A DNA stretch of 64,000 nt from an uncultured Chthonomonas sp. (GTDB lineage Bacteria > Armatimonadota > Chthonomonadetes > Chthonomonadales > CAJBBX01), in assembly GCA_903951425.1 (NCBI GenBank), contig CAJBBX010000053.1, positions 11,412 to 75,411 on the forward strand, read 5' to 3'. A program made the translations under genes and the position numbers. Within the stretch, counting starts at the first letter, position 1. The number at the start of each line of letters is the position of its first letter. The notes under the pieces are model-generated. The model saw only the letters and a program-made list of their open reading frames with translations, was not told the origin of the DNA and searched no databases. Below are positions 40,070 through 49,761 of the stretch, in pieces.

Positions 40070-41038
40070 TCAGCGCTTCTCGGCGGCCTCGGCCTCGGCC
40101 GATAGGATCAGGTAGCTCTGGTGGCGCCGCGCGGCGATGGCGCCCGCCTCGACGGCCTTCTTCACGGCGCAGTCGGGCTCGGACTTGTGGCGGCAGTCGT
40201 CGAACCGACAGCGCACATCCAGAGTGTGGAACTCGGGGAACGCATCCGCGATCTCCTCGGGCGCTGCATCCAGGATGTCGAGCTGCCGTAGGCCTGGCGT
40301 ATCGGCTACCCAGCCGCCGGTGCGGAGGGGGATGAGGTGCGCCGCCGTGGTGGTATGCCTGCCCTTGTGGGAGAGCAATCCGACCTCGGCGGTGCGAAGG
40401 TCGAGCCCCGGTTGGACGCGGTTCAACAGGCTCGACTTGCCCACGCCCGAGGGACCCACGACAGCCGATACGCGCCCGTGCATGGTGCGGCAGAGCGTCT
40501 CAAGGCCGAGGTCCAGCTTGGCGCTGGTGGCGATGACCCGGTAGCCTGCCTTGGCATGCTCGGCGAACAGCTCGGCCACCGCGTCGCCGCCCACAAGGTC
40601 GGCCTTGTTGGCGATGATGATCGGCGTGAAGCCCTCGACCTCGCTGGCCACAAGGAACCGGTCCAGCTTCCAGAGGTCGGGCTTTGGGTCTGCGCATGAG
40701 AAGACGACCAGGACCTGGTCGATGTTGCAGACCAGCACCTGCTCACGGCCCCGGAAGCCGGCCCGGCAGAACCGCGTGGTGCGCGGCAACACCTCCTCAA
40801 TAACGCCTGCGCCATGGCGCGTCTCGGTGAACCGAACGCGGTCCCCTACAGCCACGATGTCCTCGCGGAAGATCGTACGCGCCCGGATAACGCGCCGAGC
40901 CTGCAGGTTGGTGGCGTACTCGAACGTCTTGCGCAGGTTCCCGCGCAGGCAACAACGAACCGTCTGCCCGTCGCTGTGGACGGTATAGGCTCCGCTGATG
41001 GCGCGGAGGATGATGCCTTCTCTGGTGTTCGGCTGCAT
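40070..41038 (-). CDS. rsgA: ribosome small-subunit-dependent GTPase A
   Basis: Circularly permuted GTPase motifs NKADLV, GPSGVGKSSLLN and GRHTTT, plus the C-terminal zinc knuckle CRFDDCRHKSEPDCAV. Confidence 0.9.
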   Translation of the reverse strand: MQPNTREGIILRAISGAYTVHSDGQTVRCCLRGNLRKTFEYATNLQARRVIRARTIFREDIVAVGDRVRFTETRHGAGVIEEVLPRTTRFCRAGFRGREQVLVCNIDQVLVVFSCADPKPDLWKLDRFLVASEVEGFTPIIIANKADLVGGDAVAELFAEHAKAGYRVIATSAKLDLGLETLCRTMHGRVSAVVGPSGVGKSSLLNRVQPGLDLRTAEVGLLSHKGRHTTTAAHLIPLRTGGWVADTPGLRQLDILDAAPEEIADAFPEFHTLDVRCRFDDCRHKSEPDCAVKKAVEAGAIAARRHQSYLILSAEAEAAEKR

Positions 41039-41137
41039 GGTGTGTGCCGGTCCCGTCTGGGCCCATACACGAGCCCGACAAACACAATTCGCCTAGGGTG
41101 CGTACGACTCCTTCAATGCATCCGGCTCTACAGCCCT

Positions 41138-41566
41138 TCAGTCGCTTCCCCGGCGGGCGCTCAGGATCGGTCCGCCGATCTCGCGCACCGTGAGGCGCAT
41201 GTGCTCAGCGCCCTGCGCGTCGGGGCAGACGATGTGGAACGAGCCCGTGGCTCCCGGCGCCAGGCTGGTCGGCTTGACGACCACCGCGGCTTGGCCCAGC
41301 GCGCCTTCGTCGGCGCTCAGCAACTGCACGGCGGCCTCGGTCGACGGCACGTGCCGCCCCGTGGTGTTGCGTACAGCGCCTGTGACGACGGCGAAGCCCG
41401 AGCTTCGCTCGACCGTGATGGCCGAGACTTCCACCGTGTCTGCCAGGGCGGTAGCGCCCTCGAGTTCCACGGGGATATCGATCTGGGATCGCCGCGCCGG
41501 ACGAACCAGCGTTGCGGCCAGTGCAAGTATCGTGAGGCATATCAGGACCGCGGGCAGACGTCGCAT
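41138..41566 (-). CDS. membrane-anchored hypothetical protein (FxLYD-like beta domain?)
   Basis: Start MRRLPAVLICLTILALAATLV at 41566. A small beta-rich ectodomain follows. The family assignment is tentative. Confidence 0.45.
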   Translation of the reverse strand: MRRLPAVLICLTILALAATLVRPARRSQIDIPVELEGATALADTVEVSAITVERSSGFAVVTGAVRNTTGRHVPSTEAAVQLLSADEGALGQAAVVVKPTSLAPGATGSFHIVCPDAQGAEHMRLTVREIGGPILSARRGSD

Positions 41567-41846
41567 GGCGCGGTCGGTATGGGTGGACCAGCGATGTGCA
41601 CTCATTACGTAGACGCTCATCGGTTACTCCATTGGCTCTAGGGACGGCATCCAAGGCGGATGGCCTGCATCGTTGTACGCGCTGCTGCCCACAAACGTTC
41701 CAGATGTCTACGTGATCAGTGTACAACTGAGCAGGTGTCTTTGTCAACTCCTGTCTGTACCGCCTGTCGTCTGGGGCGCAGGTATACTGTGCTACTCCCG
41801 TTCCGTCCGCGAAAGCGGAAACAGGGCGACCGAAAAAGGGCGGCGA

Positions 41847-43700
41847 ATGACGATCTCCTCTGATGACCTGCGGCAGCGGCTCGCGGAAGGTGTGCTCGTT
41901 GCAGACGGCGCCATGGGCACCGTCCTCAGCACGAAGGATCTTCCGCTGCCCTACGAGCGGGCCAACCTCTGGCAGCCTGACCTCGTCCGGTCGGTCCACG
42001 AGTTGTACGTAGCCGCCGGGGCCCAGATTATCGAAGCCAATACCTTCGGGGCCAATGCTGTGAAGCTCTCGCAGTACGCGCTGGAGCATCAGGCGACGGC
42101 CATCAACACCGGCGCCGTTCGAGTGGCGAGGCAGGCCGCCGGGCATGCGGTGCTTGTCGCAGGGGCCATGGGGCCCTGCGGCAAGGCGCTGGCTCCCCTG
42201 GGGGCTGTGGAGCAGGATCTCGCCCGCGCGGCATTCCTGGAGCAAGCCACGGCCCTCCTCGACGCCGGCGTTGACCTGATCATGCTTGAGACCTTCAACG
42301 ACCTCGACGAGCTTCAGATGGCGTTCGATGTCGTCCGTTCGCTGGATGCCGACGTTCCGGTGATCGCCCAGAAGGTCTTCATCGAAGACGGCGACACGAT
42401 CCGGTCGGGGCTTCCGGCCCGCGTGGCTTCGGCCGTGGGCAACTGGAGGGGCGTCGTAGCTGTCGGCGCCAACTGCGCCATTGGCCCGCAGCGCATGGCC
42501 GAGGTGGTGCAGGCCATGGCGGACGCCACTGGTTGCGCCATTTCGGCGATGCCCACGCCCGGCCTGCCGCAGCGTGTGGGTTCGACCATCCGCTACGCCG
42601 TAACGCCGGCCTATTTCGGCGCGGCCGCACGGGCGCTGGTGCAGGCGGGCGCCTCGGTGATCGGCGGTTGCTGCGGCACCGGGCCGGACCACATCGCCGA
42701 GGTCGCACGTGCGCTTGAGGGCATGCGTCCGGTCAGCCGAGTACATCGCTCTACGGCCGTAGCTGCGGTGACGGTGCTGGAACCGACCTCTACCACGCCG
42801 GCCGTGAACGAGCGCTCGCCGATCGCGTCGATCGCGGCGACAGGCTACCTGAAGGCGGTGGAACTGGACGTTCCGCGCGGGCTAGACATGACCAAGGTGC
42901 TCGAGGGCGCCCAGGCCATGAAGAGTGTAGGCGTCAACGTGGTGGACATCTCCGACGGCGCGCGGGCGCGCCTGCGGATGAACGTGGTCTGCGTGGCGCA
43001 CTTGGTCCAGCAGCACGCCGGCGTCGAGGTGATGATGCACTTCGCTTGCCGCGACCGCAACCTGCTGGCCGTGCAGGCCGATCTCCTGGGAGCCTATGCA
43101 CTGGGCATTCGCAACATTCTCGCCGTGACCGGCGACCCCGCCATGATCGGCGACTACCCGGCCGCCACGTCGGTCTACGATGTGGACAGCGTGGGCCTCA
43201 TTCGCATCCTGCGGCGGTTCAACGAGGGGATCGACCTGGCGGGCAACAGCATCGGCCGCGCCACGGCGTTCACGATTGCGGCCGCGTTCGATCCGCTGGC
43301 CCCCGATCCCGCCAAGGAGCGCGAGCGGCTGGCACGGAAGGCCGACGAGGGTGCACACCTGCTCTATACGCAGCCCATCTTCGTTCGCAAGGCCCTCGAT
43401 GAGGCGGTGGAGGCCGCGTCCAGGCACCGGTTGCCCCTCGTCTTCGGCCTGCTGCCCCTCCGCAGTTCAAGGCACTCGGAGTTCATGCACAATGAAGTGC
43501 CGGGGATCGTGATACCTGACGAGATTCGTACGCGCATCGCCGGTATGGCCGATGACGACGCACGCCAGTACGGCTTGGACGTGGCCCGGCAGTTTCTGCT
43601 AGACGCGCGCCCGATCACACAGGGGGTCTACCTCATGCCGCCGTTCGGCAACCACAAGATTGCCGAATCGGTGCTCAAGGTGCTCGACCACCCAGGCTGA
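41847..43700 (+). CDS. bifunctional homocysteine S-methyltransferase / 5,10-methylenetetrahydrofolate reductase (YitJ-like)
   Basis: N-terminal Hcy-binding domain (VADGAMGTVL...GGCCGTGPDHI) fused to an MTHFR barrel (VVDISDGARA...ILAVTGDP...). Start at ATG 41847 (MTISSDDLRQRL). Confidence 0.85.
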   Translation: MTISSDDLRQRLAEGVLVADGAMGTVLSTKDLPLPYERANLWQPDLVRSVHELYVAAGAQIIEANTFGANAVKLSQYALEHQATAINTGAVRVARQAAGHAVLVAGAMGPCGKALAPLGAVEQDLARAAFLEQATALLDAGVDLIMLETFNDLDELQMAFDVVRSLDADVPVIAQKVFIEDGDTIRSGLPARVASAVGNWRGVVAVGANCAIGPQRMAEVVQAMADATGCAISAMPTPGLPQRVGSTIRYAVTPAYFGAAARALVQAGASVIGGCCGTGPDHIAEVARALEGMRPVSRVHRSTAVAAVTVLEPTSTTPAVNERSPIASIAATGYLKAVELDVPRGLDMTKVLEGAQAMKSVGVNVVDISDGARARLRMNVVCVAHLVQQHAGVEVMMHFACRDRNLLAVQADLLGAYALGIRNILAVTGDPAMIGDYPAATSVYDVDSVGLIRILRRFNEGIDLAGNSIGRATAFTIAAAFDPLAPDPAKERERLARKADEGAHLLYTQPIFVRKALDEAVEAASRHRLPLVFGLLPLRSSRHSEFMHNEVPGIVIPDEIRTRIAGMADDDARQYGLDVARQFLLDARPITQGVYLMPPFGNHKIAESVLKVLDHPG

Positions 43701-43784
43701 CCCGGGCGCGGTCGCCGCGCACCCCCACGTCACGCCTGCCCACCGCGGCGCCGATTGCCGCTTCCTCTACCGGAGAGATCAGAC

Positions 43785-45224
43785 ATGCCCAAGGACAACA
43801 TCACGCCGCGCGGCGACAACTACTCCCAGTGGTATCTCGACATCGTCTCTCAGGCCGACCTGGCCGAGAGTTCCGAGGTTCGTGGATGCATGGTCATCAA
43901 GCCCATGGGCTACGCCATCTGGGAGAACATCCAGAGCGGCCTTGACCGCCGCATCAAGGCTACGGGCCACTCCAACGCCTACTTTCCGCTCTTTATCCCC
44001 ATGAGCCTGCTACAGCGCGAGGCCCAGCACGTCGAGGGCTTCGCCCCCGAGGTGGCGGTGGTGACGCACGGAGGCGGAGAGGCGTTGGCCGAGCCGCTTG
44101 CCGTCCGTCCCACCTCCGAGGCGATCATCGGTTGCAGCTTCGCAAAGTGGGTCCACTCCTGGCGCGACCTGCCGCTCCTGATCAACCAGTGGGCCAACGT
44201 AGTCCGCTGGGAAATGCGCACGCGACCCTTTCTGCGCACCACTGAGTTCCTGTGGCAGGAGGGCCATACCGCCCACGCCACTGAGGCCGAGGCGGAGGAG
44301 GAGACGCTGAAGATCCTCAACGAAGTGTACGCCGATTTCTCTGAGCGCGAGATGGCCGTGCCGGTCCTGCGCGGCCGCAAGACCGACCGAGAGAAGTTTG
44401 CAGGCGCACTCCGGACCTACGCCATCGAGGCCATGATGCAGGACGGCCGCGCACTGCAGGCAGGGACCTCGCACAACCTCGGCCAGAACTTCGCACGCGC
44501 GTTCGGCATCAAGTACCAGACGGTCGATAACCTCGAGGAGTACGCTTGGACCACCTCCTGGGGTGTCTCGACCCGTCTGGTGGGGGCACTCATCATGGCC
44601 CACTCGGATGACGAAGGCCTCGTCTGCCCGCCGCGCCTGGCGCCGATCCAGGTCGTGGTGGTGCCGATCTACAAGGGCGAGGCCGAGCGCGCCACCGTGC
44701 TGGAGGCGGCGGATCGCGTAGTTGCCTCGTGGGGCGGCAGATTCCGCGTGAAGGTCGATGACCGCGACCAGATGACCCCCGGCTTCAAGTTCAACGAGTG
44801 GGAGGTCAAGGGCGTGCCGGTCCGCGTCGAGGTCGGCCCGCGTGATGTGGCCAAGGGTACCGCGGCCGTGGCGCGCCGCGATAAGCCGGGCAGGGAAGGC
44901 AAGCAGTTCGTCGGGCAGGACGTGCTGACCGACCACATCGCCGCCCTGCTGGATGACATCCACAACTCCATGTTCGAGCGCGCCGTTCGGTTCCGTGATG
45001 AGCGCACCGTGGACGTGGCCGACTACGGCGAGCTGGTGGAGGCGGTAAAGACCGGCTTCGCACGCGCGCCCTGGGCCGGGACGGGCGCCGATGAGGAGAA
45101 GATCCAGAACGAAACCAAGGCCACGATCCGGGTGATCCCCTTCGATCAGCCCGGCAAGGCGGGGCGGTGTGTGGCCACGGGGGTAGAGACCGACCAGGTG
45201 GCGATCTTCGGCCGCTCCTACTGA
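43785..45224 (+). CDS. proS: prolyl-tRNA synthetase (archaeal/eukaryote-like type)
   Basis: [47 protein letters not shown], about 479 aa with no insertion editing domain. GGAGAG lies 7 nt before the ATG. Confidence 0.9.
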   Translation: MPKDNITPRGDNYSQWYLDIVSQADLAESSEVRGCMVIKPMGYAIWENIQSGLDRRIKATGHSNAYFPLFIPMSLLQREAQHVEGFAPEVAVVTHGGGEALAEPLAVRPTSEAIIGCSFAKWVHSWRDLPLLINQWANVVRWEMRTRPFLRTTEFLWQEGHTAHATEAEAEEETLKILNEVYADFSEREMAVPVLRGRKTDREKFAGALRTYAIEAMMQDGRALQAGTSHNLGQNFARAFGIKYQTVDNLEEYAWTTSWGVSTRLVGALIMAHSDDEGLVCPPRLAPIQVVVVPIYKGEAERATVLEAADRVVASWGGRFRVKVDDRDQMTPGFKFNEWEVKGVPVRVEVGPRDVAKGTAAVARRDKPGREGKQFVGQDVLTDHIAALLDDIHNSMFERAVRFRDERTVDVADYGELVEAVKTGFARAPWAGTGADEEKIQNETKATIRVIPFDQPGKAGRCVATGVETDQVAIFGRSY

Positions 45225-45496
45225 CCTTCGGGAGGAGCGATCCGGGCGAGCAGGGCGTCGAAGACCTCGGCGCCCACCGTTGCCTTCAGGCTTCGGTCCA
45301 GGCGCTTCTGCTTTCGGGCCAGCTCAATGCAAGCGGCCGCGGCGCACACATAGGCGCCGCGGCCGTTGGCTTTGCCGGTTGCATCGAAGGCAGTACCCGC
45401 CTCGACCGTGCGCACCACTCGCAGCAGGCCCCGCTTGTCGCCGGGTGTGCGGCAGACCACACATGTGCGAATCGGCACGTGCGGCGGGCGGCGCAT
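45218..45496 (-). CDS. ylxR: YlxR/DUF448 family RNA-binding protein
   Basis: [22 protein letters not shown]...NGRGAYVC. It lies immediately downstream of nusA. Confidence 0.8.
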   Translation of the reverse strand: MRRPPHVPIRTCVVCRTPGDKRGLLRVVRTVEAGTAFDATGKANGRGAYVCAAAACIELARKQKRLDRSLKATVGAEVFDALLARIAPPEGQ

Positions 45497-45507
45497 GGGC
45501 TCTTGCC

Positions 45508-46791
45508 TCAGTCCGTCGGGTCGGCGCCTGCCTCGGCGGCCGGGGCGACCTCAGCGGCCTCGACGGGCGTAACCTCGACGACCGCGGCTACCTCAGGCTC
45601 CGTGGCGACAACGTCGAGCGCAACCACCGGCGCGACCTCTGCGACGGCAACTTCGACCTCGGCCACAGGCTCAGCCGGCGCTTCTTCAGCCAGCTTCGGC
45701 TTCGGAGAGGGCTTCGGCGTCGGAGCGGTCTCCGGTGCGCCTGCGGCAGGCTTGGCTACCTGGCTCTCGCTACGGATGTCGATCCGCCAGCCGGTGAGCC
45801 GGGCGGCCAGACGCACGTTCTGCCCCGACTTGCCGATGGCCAACGAGAGCTGGTTGTCCGCCACCACCACCAGCGCGGCCTTGTTCGACTCGTCCAGCCT
45901 AACGTAGGAGACCTTGGCCGGGGAGAGCGACTCGCCGATGAACTGGCTGATGTCTGCGGACCAGCGGATAATGTCGATCTTCTCGTCGTAGAGCTCGTTC
46001 ACTACGGCCTGAACGCGGCTGCCGCGATGGCCCACGCAGCTACCGACCGGGTCGACCTTTTCGTCGCGGGAGCTGACGGCGATCTTCGATCGCGCACCGG
46101 GCTCTCGGGCCACCGACATGATGCTGACGATGCCCTCGGCGATCTCCGGCACTTCCAACTCGAACAGGCGGCGGATCATGCCCGGGTGCGTCCGGGTCAA
46201 GAGCACCTGCGGCCCGCGCTGGGTCTGCTTCGCCTCGAGCACGTAGACCTTGATCCGGTCGTGTACGCGGTAGGGTTCGCCCGGCGTCTGCTCGTTGGGC
46301 GGCAGGATGCCGTCGATCTTGCCGACGTTGACGATGACGTTGCGCTGGTCGCGCCGCTCGACGACGCCCGTGAGTACCTCGCCCACGCGCTGGCTGTACT
46401 CCTCGACGACCTTCTCGCGCTCGGCCTCGCGTAGCTGCTGGACCACGACCTGCTTCGCCGTCTGCGCGGCGATACGGCCCTGGATCTGGTCGGTCACGTC
46501 CTTCTCGAGGATGCCGCCTATCTGTGCGTCGGGGTTGATCAGGATGGCGTCGGAGATGGAAATCTGCTCGGGCTGATCGACTTCGCCGTCGGCCACGATC
46601 GGGCGCTCGACGATGACCCGGAAGGCCACCTTGCCCGTCTCGCGTCGAACCTTGACCTCGCCCGGCAGTGCGTTGTAGTTCTTGCGGTAGGCGGAGATGA
46701 GCGCACGTTCCACCATCTCGCTCAACGCTTCCTGCGTAAGCTCCTTCTCCCTTGCTATCTGCTGCAGCGCCTCAAGGAACTCGCCGTTCAT
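45508..46791 (-). CDS. nusA: transcription termination/antitermination factor NusA with acidic Ala/Val/Glu/Pro-rich tail
   Basis: [39 protein letters not shown], then S1 and two KH regions. GGGAGG lies 8 nt before ATG 46791. Confidence 0.9.
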   Translation of the reverse strand: MNGEFLEALQQIAREKELTQEALSEMVERALISAYRKNYNALPGEVKVRRETGKVAFRVIVERPIVADGEVDQPEQISISDAILINPDAQIGGILEKDVTDQIQGRIAAQTAKQVVVQQLREAEREKVVEEYSQRVGEVLTGVVERRDQRNVIVNVGKIDGILPPNEQTPGEPYRVHDRIKVYVLEAKQTQRGPQVLLTRTHPGMIRRLFELEVPEIAEGIVSIMSVAREPGARSKIAVSSRDEKVDPVGSCVGHRGSRVQAVVNELYDEKIDIIRWSADISQFIGESLSPAKVSYVRLDESNKAALVVVADNQLSLAIGKSGQNVRLAARLTGWRIDIRSESQVAKPAAGAPETAPTPKPSPKPKLAEEAPAEPVAEVEVAVAEVAPVVALDVVATEPEVAAVVEVTPVEAAEVAPAAEAGADPTD

Positions 46792-46819
46792 GACTTGTAC
46801 CTCCCAGTCAGACCAAACA

Positions 46820-46872
46820 GGCCGCCCGCGAAGGCGGCCATATAAGACAAGAGAGCGGGTCTCCCCGCTCTC
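46820..46872 (-). promoter_or_regulatory. structured nusA leader: two perfect hairpins, the second terminator-like
   Basis: On the minus strand: GAGAGCGGG-GAGA-CCCGCUCUC (46872-46851), then GGCCGCC-UUCGCG-GGCGGCC (46839-46820) followed by UGUUUGGU. Confidence 0.45.
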
Positions 46873-46896
46873 AAAAGGTCCCTGTAACGTGTCTAC

Positions 46897-46905
46897 ATTA
46901 TAGCA
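46897..46905 (-). promoter_or_regulatory. extended -10 promoter element upstream of nusA
   Basis: The minus strand reads TGcTATAAT, a perfect -10 with a TG extension. No convincing -35 box. Confidence 0.45.
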
Positions 46906-46908
46906 CAC

Positions 46909-46943
46909 GGGCCGGCCCTTCAGGTGCGCCCGGGGGCCGGCCC
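46909..46943 (-). terminator. hairpin after pnp stop
   Basis: Two copies of the self-complementary decamer GGGCCGGCCC (46909-46918, 46934-46943) can form a 10-bp stem. There is no U-run. Confidence 0.35.
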
Positions 46944-46954
46944 GATGGCCTGCG

Positions 46955-49255
46955 TCAGCGCTTGGGGCGGAACCGCGCCCTGGGCGCCTCGGTCTCTGCT
47001 TCGGGCGCAGGAGCGCCTTCGTCTCGGCGCGGTGCGGGCGCGGCGTCGTCGCGGCGCGGGCCGGGAGCGCCGCGGAAGCCGCGGTCAGGGTCGCGCGACG
47101 GGCCGCCTGGCCTGCCGCCGCCGGGGCGACCGCCGCCCGAGGGCCGCGACTCGCTCGGCTTGGGGGCGGTGGGGTCGAACGGCTTGTCGAGGCCCACGGC
47201 GGTCAGGTTGACCCTGCCCTGTCCGTCGATCTCGACGACGCGGACCTTGATCTCGTCGCCCACGCTCACCGCATCGTCCGGCCGCCGGATCTGCTTCTCG
47301 CTCAGGTTGGCTGTGTGGACGAGGCCTTCTTTACCGGGCACCAACTCCACGAAGGCGCCCATGCCCATGATGCGGGTGACCTTGCCGGTGAACTCCTCGC
47401 CGGCCTGCAGTTCGGCGGTGATGGCGCGGACCATCCGGGCGGCGCCCTCGCCGCCCTCGGCCTCGCTGGCGAAGATGTAGACGGTGCCGTCCTGCTCGAT
47501 GCTGATGTCGGCGCCGGTCTCGGCCTCGATCTTCTTGATCGTCTTGCCTCCCGGCCCGATCACCTCTCCGATCTTCTCGGGGTTGATCTTGACGGTGAGG
47601 ATGCGCGGGGCATAGCGGCTCAGGTCGGTGCGCGGCTGGCCGATGGCCTCCAGCATGCGCCCTAGGATGAAGAGCCGTCCGGTCCGGGCCTGGCTCAGGG
47701 TCTTCTCGATGATCTCGAAGGTGAGGCCCCGGGTCTTGGTGTCGAGCTGGATCGCGGTGATGCCGTTCTCGCTACCCGCAACCTTGAAATCCATGTCTCC
47801 CGAGAAGTCCTCGGCGCCCTGGATATCGGAGAGGACCACGTACTGGTCGCCGCGGGTCATGAGGCCCATGGCGATGCCGCTGACGGGCGCCTTGATCGGG
47901 ACGCCCGCGTCCATGAGGGCCAGGGTCGATCCGCAGGTGCTCGCCATGGAGGTGCTGCCGTTGGACTCAAGGCACTCGGAGGTGAGCTGCAGGGTGTACG
48001 GGAACTTGTCGCGGTCCGGGATGACCGAGAAGAGGGCGCGCTCCGCCAGGGCGCCATGGCCGATCTCGCGACGGCCAGGCCCGCGCATGGGGCGCGTCTC
48101 GCCGACCGAGAAGGGCGGGAAGTTGTAGTAGTGCATGTACCGCTTCTCGAAGTCGCCCTCGATGCCGTCAACCATCTGGACGGCATCGGTCGCGCCGAGG
48201 GTGCAGCTCGTGAGGACCTGCGTCTGGCCCCGGGTGAAGAGGCCTGAGCCGTGGGTGCGAGGCAGGAGGCCGACTTCCGAGGTGATCAGGCGGATGTCCT
48301 CGGGGCCGCGGCCGTCGGGGCGCTTCTGCTCCTCGATGATGAGGGCGCGGATCTGCTCCTTGACGACCTTCTCGACCGCCTCGCCAAGCTGGGGCTGCGG
48401 ACCTTCAAGGTCGGCCGACAGGCGAGCGACGATCTCGGACTTCAGCTCGGAGAGACCGCTCTCGCGGGCGGCCTTGTCCGGGTTCTGGATGGCTCCGCGA
48501 AGTTCGGCGCCGGTCTTGGTCCGAACCAGCTCAAGGAGCTCCTCGGGCACGACGGCCAGCTTGACTTCGCGCTTCGCCTTGCCGCACTCGGCGGCCATCT
48601 TGCACTGAAGCTCGCAGAGCTCCTTGATGGCGGCGTGGCCGAACTTGATGGCCTCGAAGACCACCTCCTCGGACACCTCGGAGGAGCCGCACTCGAGCAT
48701 GTTCACCGTGTCATCGGTGCCGGCGACGATGAGGTCCATGTCGCACTGGTTGACCTGCTCCAGCGACGGGTTGATGATGAACTCGCCGTCCAGCCGCCCG
48801 ACGCGCACACAGGCCACGGGGCCGTTCCAGGGGATGTCGGAGAGCATCAGGGCCACGGAGGCGGCCGTCACGGCCAGCACGTCCGGCAGGTACTCATGGT
48901 CGACCGACATGGGGGTCACGATGACCTGCACGTCGTTGCGCATCCCGTAGGGGAACAGGGGGCGCAAGGGGCGATCGATCAGCCGCGAGGTGAGGATCGC
49001 CTTCTCGGAGGGGCGGCCGCCGCGCTTGATGAAGCCGCCGGGGATCTTGCCGACCGAGTACTTCCGCTCTTCGTAGTCGCAGGTGAGGGGGAAGAAGTCC
49101 ATCCCCTCGCGCGCCTGCGCCGCCATGGTAGCTGTGGCCAGCAGAACGGTATCGCCGATCTGCAGCCAGCAGCTCCCGCCTGCCTGGCGCGCCACTTTGC
49201 CCGTTTGGAGCAACAGTGGCTTGCCGCCTAGCACGCCTTCAACTGTGGTGACCAA
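46955..49255 (-). CDS. pnp: polynucleotide phosphorylase with Arg/Gly/Pro-rich C-terminal tail
   Basis: Two RNase PH-like domains, then KH and S1 (GKVTRIMGMGAFVEL). TTG start with GGAG 8 nt upstream. About 75 extra C-terminal residues (GGGRPGGGRPGG...RFRPKR). Confidence 0.9.
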   Translation of the reverse strand: MVTTVEGVLGGKPLLLQTGKVARQAGGSCWLQIGDTVLLATATMAAQAREGMDFFPLTCDYEERKYSVGKIPGGFIKRGGRPSEKAILTSRLIDRPLRPLFPYGMRNDVQVIVTPMSVDHEYLPDVLAVTAASVALMLSDIPWNGPVACVRVGRLDGEFIINPSLEQVNQCDMDLIVAGTDDTVNMLECGSSEVSEEVVFEAIKFGHAAIKELCELQCKMAAECGKAKREVKLAVVPEELLELVRTKTGAELRGAIQNPDKAARESGLSELKSEIVARLSADLEGPQPQLGEAVEKVVKEQIRALIIEEQKRPDGRGPEDIRLITSEVGLLPRTHGSGLFTRGQTQVLTSCTLGATDAVQMVDGIEGDFEKRYMHYYNFPPFSVGETRPMRGPGRREIGHGALAERALFSVIPDRDKFPYTLQLTSECLESNGSTSMASTCGSTLALMDAGVPIKAPVSGIAMGLMTRGDQYVVLSDIQGAEDFSGDMDFKVAGSENGITAIQLDTKTRGLTFEIIEKTLSQARTGRLFILGRMLEAIGQPRTDLSRYAPRILTVKINPEKIGEVIGPGGKTIKKIEAETGADISIEQDGTVYIFASEAEGGEGAARMVRAITAELQAGEEFTGKVTRIMGMGAFVELVPGKEGLVHTANLSEKQIRRPDDAVSVGDEIKVRVVEIDGQGRVNLTAVGLDKPFDPTAPKPSESRPSGGGRPGGGRPGGPSRDPDRGFRGAPGPRRDDAAPAPRRDEGAPAPEAETEAPRARFRPKR

Positions 49256-49306
49256 TCTTTATTCTCCCGCGCAACGCAGTGAGTGCCCGGTCCGGGTAGC
49301 ACCAAA

Positions 49307-49336
49307 CGCTCGGGTGGGGCAATGCCCTCCCGAGCG
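49307..49336 (-). terminator. rpsO terminator / pnp leader hairpin
   Basis: CGCTCGGG.GGGC-loop-GCCC.CCCGAGCG, 12 bp with one U.U mismatch. On the minus strand it is followed by UUUGGUG. It lies between rpsO and pnp. Confidence 0.5.
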
Positions 49337-49371
49337 TCAGGTGATCCGGCCGAGCACTCGTAAGATAGTGC

Positions 49372-49647
49372 CTAAATCTTGCTTCGGATGCCGAGGCGAT
49401 TCACCAGGGCGCGATAACGCTCGATGTCCTTGACGCTCAGGTAGTTCAACAGTCGGCGCCGCCGGCCCACCATCATCATCAACCCGCGGCGCGAGTGATG
49501 ATCCTTCTTGTGGACCTTCAGATGCTCGTTCAGCGTATTGATCTGCGCGGTCAGCAGCGCGATCTGAACATCCGGCGAGCCGGTGTCGGACTCGTGCGTT
49601 TTGTAGTCCTCGATGATCGACGACTTCCTCTCGTGAACTAACGACAC
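49372..49647 (-). CDS. rpsO: 30S ribosomal protein S15
   Basis: ...[52 protein letters not shown] start with AAGGAGG upstream. Confidence 0.9.
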   Translation of the reverse strand: MSLVHERKSSIIEDYKTHESDTGSPDVQIALLTAQINTLNEHLKVHKKDHHSRRGLMMMVGRRRRLLNYLSVKDIERYRALVNRLGIRSKI

Positions 49648-49687
49648 TGTCCGGTGACCTCCTTGCCCTTCCTCAGGTTAGCCTGAC

Positions 49688-49718
49688 AGTATAGCGCCGG
49701 GCAGGCCTCCCCTGTCAA
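49688..49718 (-). promoter_or_regulatory. candidate rpsO promoter
   Basis: The minus strand has TTGACA (49718-49713) and TATACT (49693-49688). The spacer is 19 nt, which is longer than optimal. Confidence 0.35.
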
Positions 49719-49761
49719 GCCGAATGGGCGGCCAGGCGCAAAATCACGTCTCGCGGCGCGT

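Noticed and set aside
40068-40070. Missing terminator between convergent hslV and rsgA (stops 1 nt apart); the proS/ylxR stops likewise overlap at 45218-45224
   Set aside because: Tight convergent gene ends are common in compact high-GC genomes. No structure was seen that needs explaining.
41640-41846. SAM (S-box) riboswitch expected upstream of the YitJ-like homocysteine methyltransferase/MTHFR gene
   Set aside because: No SAM-I core elements are present (GAGGGA, GCCC...GCAACC, the kink-turn). Only a small UCCGC-GAAA-GCGGA hairpin lies near the RBS. I cannot assign it to SAM-II, SAM-V or SAM/SAH from memory.
43701-43784. T-box leader upstream of proS
   Set aside because: The intergenic region is only 84 nt, far too short for a T-box. 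There is no specifier-loop or T-box sequence.
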